From Bacillales bacterium UBA1188 (lineage in GTDB: Bacteria; Bacillota_I; Bacilli_A; Izemoplasmatales; UBA1188), in the NCBI GenBank assembly GCA_002310135.1, contig DBYK01000001.1:244397-308396 (forward strand): DNA of 64,000 nucleotides, in the 5' to 3' direction. A program made the position numbers and the translations under genes. Numbering within the stretch: the first letter of the stretch is position 1; each line of letters begins with the position of its first letter. Of the stretch, positions 58,520 to 64,000 are shown piece after piece. The notes below the pieces were generated by a model. That model ran no database searches and had not been told where the DNA came from. It was given only the letters and a program-made list of their open reading frames with translations.

Positions 58520-59209
58520 TTCTATTTTCATTTATAACAAATCCCTTAAGCAAGTATTCTTTTAATATTTTATTGGCCCATTTTCTGAAAATAATTCCAT
58601 TTTGTGATTTAACTCTATATCCAATAGAAATAATCATATCCAAGTTATAATACTCAATACTTCTTTTCACTTCTCTGTTCCCCTCTTTTTGAACCTGTGC
58701 AAAAAATGCACACGTTGAATCATCGAGTTCTTTTTCTTTATGTTTGAATTATCAATCTTTTGGATATATTTTTCTATTTCTTTCCTTGAAATAGTTTTTT
58801 CTTTTTCAGTTGCGTTTTTTATTACATAATTTGTTAATTCATCACCAAGTCTATCTTTTAAAACAACTTCACTAGACATTGAATGTGTATATACCAGATT
58901 ACCATATTTATCTGTCATATATATATATATATTAAAATATTCAGGATTTTTATTATTGTGAGAGTATTCTATATTATATGTTTGAGCAATTCTATCATTT
59001 TGTTCAAATGTCAATTCTTTTGCGAACTTAAGATTTTCTAATTCACTCTTTCTCGTAATCCCTAACTTATTTTTCACATCTTGTGATAAATCACCAGAGA
59101 ATAAAGGAATTTGCTTGTAAATATCAAGAAATTGTTTTATAGTTATATTGGAAAGGGTGTCTGCCTGTAAAGCAGAATTCACTCCTTTTTTTGTATTTAC
59201 AGCATACAA
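58520..59209 (-). pseudogene. RhuM-family gene remnant, frameshifted and 3'-truncated, running in frame into the vat ORF
   Basis: ELDDSTCAFFAQVQKEGNREVKRSIEYYNLDMIISIGYRVKSQNGIIFRKWANKILKEYLLKGFVINENR is the conserved RhuM core. Its upstream part (ISRKEIEKYIQKI...) lies in another frame, the 180-aa ORF 58667-59209. The frame switches at an A-rich run near 58725. Confidence 0.6.
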
Positions 59210-59227
59210 ATTAATTGTTTTGAACTA

Positions 59228-59258
59228 CAAAAAAAGTGATACTTTTTATCGTATCACT
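59228..59258 (-). terminator. Terminator after the AAA ATPase gene
   Basis: 8-bp stem AGTGATAC/GTATCACT with an 8-nt loop and T7 on the minus strand. Confidence 0.6.
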
Positions 59259-59272
59259 ATATTTTTAAATAT

Positions 59273-59305
59273 TGGCGGAGCAGTGGATAATGGTATTCGA
59301 ACCAA
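59273..59305 (-). pseudogene. tRNA 3'-end fragment (duplicate of the tRNA-Ser acceptor end)
   Basis: TGGCGGAGCAG at 59273-59283 is identical to the 3' end of tRNA-Ser at 60518-60528. A degenerate T-loop-like GGTATTCGAACC follows. The 5' half of a tRNA is absent. Confidence 0.55.
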
Positions 59306-59307
59306 AT

Positions 59308-60348
59308 CTAGTCAAACAAGAAAACATTTCTTATGTATTCTTTAAATCTAGGTAGTGCAAATGTTATTTTACCTCTTTGTTTTGATATAAGCACCCCATA
59401 CTTTATTAATCTATCTCTATATACAGAAAAAGTTTTTTTATCCATATCAATTTTTTCTATTATTTCATTAATATCGTTAGATTCACAAATGCTATGAAGG
59501 ATTTCTATTTCTTTGTTTGATAGTCCTTCCCAAATCTTATCATATACAAAACTTTTTAAATAATAATCATATTCTGATAATATTTTTTTTGAAATAGTTT
59601 TTGTATTAGAATTCCAAAGTAGATATCCTAATACTTGATAGGCATAAGCGTATCCATTAGTAAGCTTAGCCATTTTTACTGCTTCATCTTCATTTATATT
59701 AAATATTTCTTGGTAACTATCTTTTATTGAAGGCAAGTCTAATGGATTTAAAATAATTTGTGATGATCTAGATAAGAATGTTAATGACTTATTTTTTTGA
59801 AGCGCTGATAAATTTTCATATAAACCAGTCATTAGCATAAATACTTTATAATCTTTCCTAAGTAATGCTTGAAATGTATGAGCAAATACTTTTAGATTAT
59901 TATTGCTAGTTGCATCATCGATAGTAATTAATAATTTTATATTTTTACTAGAAAGATATTCTATCATTTTAAATATGATAATTTCTATATCATTTGATGG
60001 TTGATTATTTTCTATAGATAAACCAATACCATTAAATGAAAAATTAAATTTTGCTTTAAGAAAAAGATGTTTTACTTTTGAATTATTATAAATTTGAGAG
60101 GCAAGAGAATTTAACATATCTCTTTCAGGATTCAAATCTACAACAACCCAATCTTTATTCTTTTCAAATTCCTTAGCAAGACGAGACAAAAATACTGTTT
60201 TGCCAGTACCTCTTACACCAGTAATCATAAATACTTGTTTAGGTCTTGTTTCACTATAAAAATTTTCTTCAACTTCCTGTACAAAATTTATTCTTGGAAT
60301 AAAATTTATTGGTTCTCTACCAAAGGATAATACGAACGGATTATTCAT
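59308..60348 (-). CDS. AAA-type ATPase with C-terminal winged-helix/LuxR-like domain
   Basis: Walker A GVRGTGKTV, Walker B-like LLITIDDA, and C-terminal LSNKEIEILHSICE...TFSVYRDRLIKYGVL. ATG 60348 has GAGGTG 6 nt upstream. Confidence 0.7.
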   Translation of the reverse strand: MNNPFVLSFGREPINFIPRINFVQEVEENFYSETRPKQVFMITGVRGTGKTVFLSRLAKEFEKNKDWVVVDLNPERDMLNSLASQIYNNSKVKHLFLKAKFNFSFNGIGLSIENNQPSNDIEIIIFKMIEYLSSKNIKLLITIDDATSNNNLKVFAHTFQALLRKDYKVFMLMTGLYENLSALQKNKSLTFLSRSSQIILNPLDLPSIKDSYQEIFNINEDEAVKMAKLTNGYAYAYQVLGYLLWNSNTKTISKKILSEYDYYLKSFVYDKIWEGLSNKEIEILHSICESNDINEIIEKIDMDKKTFSVYRDRLIKYGVLISKQRGKITFALPRFKEYIRNVFLFD

Positions 60349-60380
60349 TATATTCACCTCATCATTATTATTTCATATTT

Positions 60381-60445
60381 TTGTTAGAAAATCAATATTT
60401 TGTTAGATATTGTTAGAAATTGTTAGTTTAAATTTTTGTTGTTAG
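60381..60445. repeat. Five phased direct repeats of TTGTTAG (iteron-like array)
   Basis: Copies start at 60381, 60400, 60410, 60420 and 60439, giving spacings of 19/10/10/19 nt. The array lies between the ATPase start and tRNA-Ser. Confidence 0.8.
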
Positions 60446-60517
60446 CAATCTCGCAAATAGGAAGCAAAACATAAAAATAAAAAGGCACCTGTTTAAGATA
60501 CCTTGTCATTTTCAAGT

Positions 60518-60609
60518 TGGCGGAGCAGGGGAGATTTGAACTCCCGCACCGGTATTACCAATCTACACGCTCTCCAAGCGCGCCTCTTAAGCCTCTTGAG
60601 TACTGCTCC
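60518..60609 (-). tRNA. tRNA-Ser (anticodon GGA), class II with long variable arm
   Basis: Reverse complement: acceptor GGAGCAG/CTGCTCC, anticodon stem-loop CGCGC-TTGGAGA-GCGTG, an 18-nt variable arm, T arm GGGAG-TTCAAAT-CTCCC, encoded CCA. Confidence 0.9.
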
Positions 60610-60647
60610 AATCAAATATGATTATATCAAATTATCTATACCAAGAA

Positions 60648-60677
60648 AAGAAAAAAGAGCCGCTAGAAACGGCTCTT
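60648..60677 (-). terminator. Rho-independent terminator after the 149-aa membrane protein gene
   Basis: Stem AGAGCCG/CGGCTCT with a 7-nt loop and T6-7 on the minus strand. Confidence 0.75.
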
Positions 60678-60689
60678 TAAACTTCTTAA

Positions 60690-61139
60690 TTATTTTAATA
60701 ACTTTTTATTTGGTACAAATTCTGAAGCACATAGAGCTAATGCTGCAACAATTGCGAAAATTCCAGATACAATTGGTGCACCAGCTAATTTATACAAATT
60801 AGCACCAATATTACTATTAACTACAGATGCTTCAATAAATACAAATACTGCACCTAATATTAATAATAATGCTAAACCAAGGCTAATAAGTTTTCCTACT
60901 TTTGGATCTAATCCCATAAATACTAATGCGCATACTGCAACGCTAGATAGACCAATAAATAGATAACCTATAAATGATACTACAGCCCCTAAATCACCAA
61001 AGAATGCATCACTAAATTTAACTCTTGTTTCAAGTAAATTACCAATTAATTGATCAGCAAACATAAGGAAGAATGCTACAAGTCCAAATACTACAGCTGA
61101 AGCCTTGATAACATTAGATAATGTAAATAATTTTTTCAT
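60690..61139 (-). CDS. Small hypothetical membrane protein (4 TM)
   Basis: 149-aa hydrophobic ORF with a GGGGGAC-type RBS. No recognisable family. Confidence 0.55.
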   Translation of the reverse strand: MKKLFTLSNVIKASAVVFGLVAFFLMFADQLIGNLLETRVKFSDAFFGDLGAVVSFIGYLFIGLSSVAVCALVFMGLDPKVGKLISLGLALLLILGAVFVFIEASVVNSNIGANLYKLAGAPIVSGIFAIVAALALCASEFVPNKKLLK

Positions 61140-61270
61140 TTTTTTAGTCCCCCATAATTAATATTTTTTTACATATCATTTTTATAATATCATAATTATA
61201 AAAAATATGAGGATATAATTTAAAATAATCCTTAAAAAATGGTTTTTGATATTTATATTTCCTATCAGTT

Positions 61271-61493
61271 TTGACCTTTATTATACAAGTAAAAAAGACC
61301 TATGAATTATTTAAAGATACATATGTATTTGATTTTTTAGATAAAGAAAAGATAAAGAATGAAAAAGAATTAAAGAACCAATTAATAGATAATATAATTG
61401 GATTCTTAAATGAGTTAGGCACAGGATTCTTATCTTGTAGGAAAAGAATATAGGTTTATTACTCCTACTAATAAAGAATTCTATATAGATTAA
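61271..61493 (+). pseudogene. Fragment of a DUF1016/YhcG-type PDDEXK nuclease gene
   Basis: DTYVFDFLDKEK...ELKNQLIDNIIGFLNELGTGF resembles the conserved core (YvfdFL...E..Le..Li..l..FLlELG.GF). A frameshift leads to ...YRFITPTNKEFYID. Only about 75 codons of a family that is normally ~340 aa are present. Confidence 0.55.
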
Positions 61494-61574
61494 TTGAGGA
61501 ATTACCTAAATATTTAGAAAAGAGATTAGAATAAAAAACTAGAATCTTAAAGATTCTAGTAAGATAATTATAAT

Positions 61575-61648
61575 TGGAGGAGCCTCCCGGATTTGAACCG
61601 GGGGTCAGGGAGTTGCAGTCCCTTGCCTTACCGCTTGGCTAAGGCTCC
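61575..61648 (-). tRNA. tRNA-Cys (anticodon GCA)
   Basis: Acceptor GGAGCCT/AGGCTCC, anticodon stem-loop AGGGA-CTGCAAC-TCCCT, T arm CCCGG-TTCAAAT-CCGGG, CCA encoded. Confidence 0.9.
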
Positions 61649-61665
61649 ATCTATTAAGATAAAAA

Positions 61666-61742
61666 TGGTCGGAAAGACAGGATTCGAACCTGCGACCTCC
61701 TGGTCCCAAACCAGGCGCTCTACCAAGCTAAGCTACTTTCCG
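61666..61742 (-). tRNA. tRNA-Pro (anticodon TGG)
   Basis: Acceptor CGGAAAG/CTTTCCG, anticodon stem-loop CCTGG-TTTGGGA-CCAGG, T-loop GGTTCGAATCC, CCA encoded. Confidence 0.9.
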
Positions 61743-61762
61743 ATTTTTGAATATTTCCCTAC

Positions 61763-61839
61763 TGGCACGCCCAGCAGGAGTCGAACCCGCAACCTTTTGA
61801 TCCGTAGTCAAACGCTCTATCCAATTGAGCTATGGGCGC
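61763..61839 (-). tRNA. tRNA-Arg (anticodon ACG)
   Basis: Acceptor GCGCCCA/TGGGCGT, anticodon stem-loop TTTGA-CTACGGA-TCAAA, T arm GCGGG-TTCGACT-CCTGC, CCA encoded. Confidence 0.9.
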
Positions 61840-61933
61840 GTATCGAACTTTTTTTACGCATAACTATTATATACTATTTTTTTTATAAATCAAGTAAAAA
61901 ATTAAGGTGTGGCTAAAAGTCACACCCATAATT

Positions 61934-64000
61934 TTAAATATCATATTTTTTAATAATCTCAACTGGAGTTTTTGAGAGTAATATTAGTATAGGAATAGCG
62001 GTACTTATCAAGTTCACAAAATAAATTGAGACTATTCCAACTATAAATGCGATTATAGATGGATTAATTATTTGGAAACCAAAATCAGATAAACTGAAAT
62101 TATATGAATAATAGAATAAGAATAAGAAAGATGCGCTAAACGATATCAGTCCTGTCTTTGTGGTGTATGCGAACATATCACCTACATACATAGAAATGAT
62201 ATCTTTTTTGTATACACCTATACTTCTTAATATTCCTATCTCTTTTATTTTTTGGAAAAGAGTCGCCCTGATCATAAATATTAGATAAAGTGATAGACCT
62301 ACTATTAATACTGCATCAAACACAATAGATAGACCATTTCTATCTATGACTTCTAAAAAATAATTCCATTTTGCGTTTTTAGATACGTCTTTAACTGTAG
62401 AATATTTTTCTTTGAGTATTCTAATCATTTCATCTTTATTTTCGCACTCTATATAAGCATTATAATAATAATTTGGATACGAATCTTTATAATCAGATGG
62501 ATGTATGAATATAGATGGAGATTTCTCATTAGAAATTCCTACAATTGTTACTATTTTTCTATCATTATCCTGATAGTAACTAACATTCACAGATAATCCA
62601 ACTAAATCACTAAATTCCATAAAGCCACCAAGCTTTGCGGATGTTGAATTTAGAGCATCTTCTGCGATCCATCTCGATAGGACTATTTCTCCTTCTCCTT
62701 GAATCTTTCTTCCACAGCCTTCCATAATATCATAATTATGATTTATATCTTTAATAGCGAATACATTTGAATAGAACATTCCTCTATTAAAATATACTGT
62801 TTGGTAGCTTCCGGATAATGGAATTTCTATTCCATAACTATTATCGGCTTGGAATGAAATAAATCCAGGTACTTCTTTAGCATCATTATAAATTGTTGAA
62901 AGTGAATAACTATTTAATTCTCTATCATTTAATTCTACTTTAACTACGTCACTTGGAGTTTTAATGTAATCTCTTTCAGTGATATTTAAATCTGAACTTA
63001 ATCTTGAGAAAAGGAATGAAAAGAATACTGCGCTTATTATAAGTGCGAGAGACGTTATTCTGCTTCTTTTAATGAGATTCTCGTTTTTAAAACCATTTTT
63101 AATTGCCTTAAAGAATGAAATATATCTTCTTTTAGATTTTTTATCTTTAGTATAATCATCACTGAAATCATCAAAAGAGAAATCAACATTCTTGTTTTCG
63201 ATTTCTTTGATAAAATCACTTGATTTCTTATCTAGAAACTTAACTTCACTAGAATCATTTACTAGGTGGACTTTACTTGGACCATTTGATTTGATATAGA
63301 TGTCTCCATCTTTCATAACTATATCAAATGAAATATCATTATCTTCATTTGAATAAAGACTAACATCTATGTTTTTATCTTTAATTTCAGTCTTTTGATA
63401 ATCTTTAAGATAAATATTTCTTGAATCTTCATGGAAAAGACTTGAGCCTTCATTTACTCTATCGCCCACAATCATTCCATCATTTAATTCTATTATTCTA
63501 TCTGCGTAGAAGTCTACTAAGTTTTTCTCATGAGATACTAGAATAACTAATCTTTCTTTTGAAATCTTTTTAATGATGTTCATTATTTCAAAAGTATTAT
63601 TTGAATCAAGGTTACCGGTAGGTTCATCTGCGAGTAATACTTTAGGATCTTTTACTAAAGCTCTTGCGATGGCGACTCTTTGGCGTTCACCACCAGATAG
63701 AGCTAAGGTATTTCTTTTCTTGTATTTTAATAGGCCAACAAGGCTTAAAGCTTTTTCTATTCTTCTTTTCCTTTCTTCTTTATCATTTAAGCCTATCATA
63801 TCTAATACTATGTTTAGGTTTCCTTCAATTGACATAGTATCTATAAGGTTATAATTTTGGAAGATGAAACCTATATAATTATTTCTAAAATCATCTGCGG
63901 TTTTAGGGATATATTTCTTTGTCTCTTTTTCGAAATAAGTGATAGATCCACTATCGAATTTATCAAGACATCCTATCACATTTAAAAGAGTTGTCTTTCC
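61934..64000 (-). CDS. Fused ABC ATPase + FtsX-type permease (MacB-like), 5' end beyond the window
   Basis: The frame stays open to the window edge (…GKTTLLNVIGCLD is the end of Walker A). Signature LSGGERQRVAIARAL, Walker B LLADEPTGNLD, and a C-terminal FtsX block EIGILRSIGVYKKDI with TM helices. Confidence 0.85.
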   Translation of the reverse strand, partial: GKTTLLNVIGCLDKFDSGSITYFEKETKKYIPKTADDFRNNYIGFIFQNYNLIDTMSIEGNLNIVLDMIGLNDKEERKRRIEKALSLVGLLKYKKRNTLALSGGERQRVAIARALVKDPKVLLADEPTGNLDSNNTFEIMNIIKKISKERLVILVSHEKNLVDFYADRIIELNDGMIVGDRVNEGSSLFHEDSRNIYLKDYQKTEIKDKNIDVSLYSNEDNDISFDIVMKDGDIYIKSNGPSKVHLVNDSSEVKFLDKKSSDFIKEIENKNVDFSFDDFSDDYTKDKKSKRRYISFFKAIKNGFKNENLIKRSRITSLALIISAVFFSFLFSRLSSDLNITERDYIKTPSDVVKVELNDRELNSYSLSTIYNDAKEVPGFISFQADNSYGIEIPLSGSYQTVYFNRGMFYSNVFAIKDINHNYDIMEGCGRKIQGEGEIVLSRWIAEDALNSTSAKLGGFMEFSDLVGLSVNVSYYQDNDRKIVTIVGISNEKSPSIFIHPSDYKDSYPNYYYNAYIECENKDEMIRILKEKYSTVKDVSKNAKWNYFLEVIDRNGLSIVFDAVLIVGLSLYLIFMIRATLFQKIKEIGILRSIGVYKKDIISMYVGDMFAYTTKTGLISFSASFLFLFYYSYNFSLSDFGFQIINPSIIAFIVGIVSIYFVNLISTAIPILILLSKTPVEIIKKYDI

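Noticed and set aside
58667-59209. The 180-aa ORF, considered as an independent novel gene.
   Set aside because: Its C-terminal part continues the RhuM-like sequence in another frame, a terminator lies directly upstream, and no promoter or RBS is evident. It is better explained as the 5' portion of a frameshifted RhuM pseudogene.
60503-60802. Plus-strand ORFs of 99 aa (60503-60802) and 107 aa (61593-61916).
   Set aside because: They read straight through tRNA-Ser and through the tRNA-Cys/Pro/Arg cluster on the opposite strand. They are artefacts of the GC-rich tRNA sequence.

Overview
This is a 64-kb chromosomal segment from a very AT-rich, low-GC Gram-positive-type genome, probably Bacillota (Erysipelotrichia/Clostridia-like), though I cannot name the taxon. 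It uses the standard genetic code: tRNA-Trp carries anticodon CCA and well-supported genes end in TGA. Most genes are on the minus strand. Contents in order:
- 63-6205: tRNA-Trp, gpmI, a large membrane protein, an orphan radical SAM/SPASM enzyme and an aldehyde dehydrogenase.
- 6418-11935: a complete plus-strand aspartate-to-threonine operon (thrC-thrB-hom-asd-aspartate kinase).
- 12005-19499: YhhN, mtnN, pckA, a membrane metallophosphoesterase, an O-antigen-ligase-like protein and aroB.
- 19522-20751: a small unknown protein and a CapF-like SDR.
- 20752-24809: a ~4-kb defence islet. It holds a zinc-ribbon/DUF4145 protein and a tightly packed AbiH-like + class III cyclase + TM effector (Pycsar-type) gene string.
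- 24810-44450: a ~20-kb Wzx/Wzy-dependent polysaccharide locus with a LoaP-type NusG paralog and a GC-rich leader hairpin.
- 46840-57333: a 10-gene HutC/GntR-controlled BMP-ABC uptake/catabolic operon with an unusual enzyme set (isochorismatase-like, PfkB kinase, Udp-like phosphorylase, BtpA/SgcQ, Fe-ADH, orphan TrpA paralog).
- 57708-61839: a decayed accessory patch next to tRNA genes. It holds a Vat-type acetyltransferase, a frameshifted RhuM remnant, an AAA ATPase preceded by phased TTGTTAG iterons, tRNA-Ser plus a duplicated tRNA 3' end, a DUF1016 nuclease fragment and tRNA-Cys/Pro/Arg.
- 61934-64000: a MacB/FtsX-type ABC transporter gene that runs off the window.
No CRISPR array, rRNA, transposase or integrase was seen. 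The best candidates for something new are the AbiH-PycC-PycTM three-gene arrangement and the BtpA/TrpA-like/Fe-ADH nucleoside-type operon. All family assignments come from motif recognition by eye, not from database searches.
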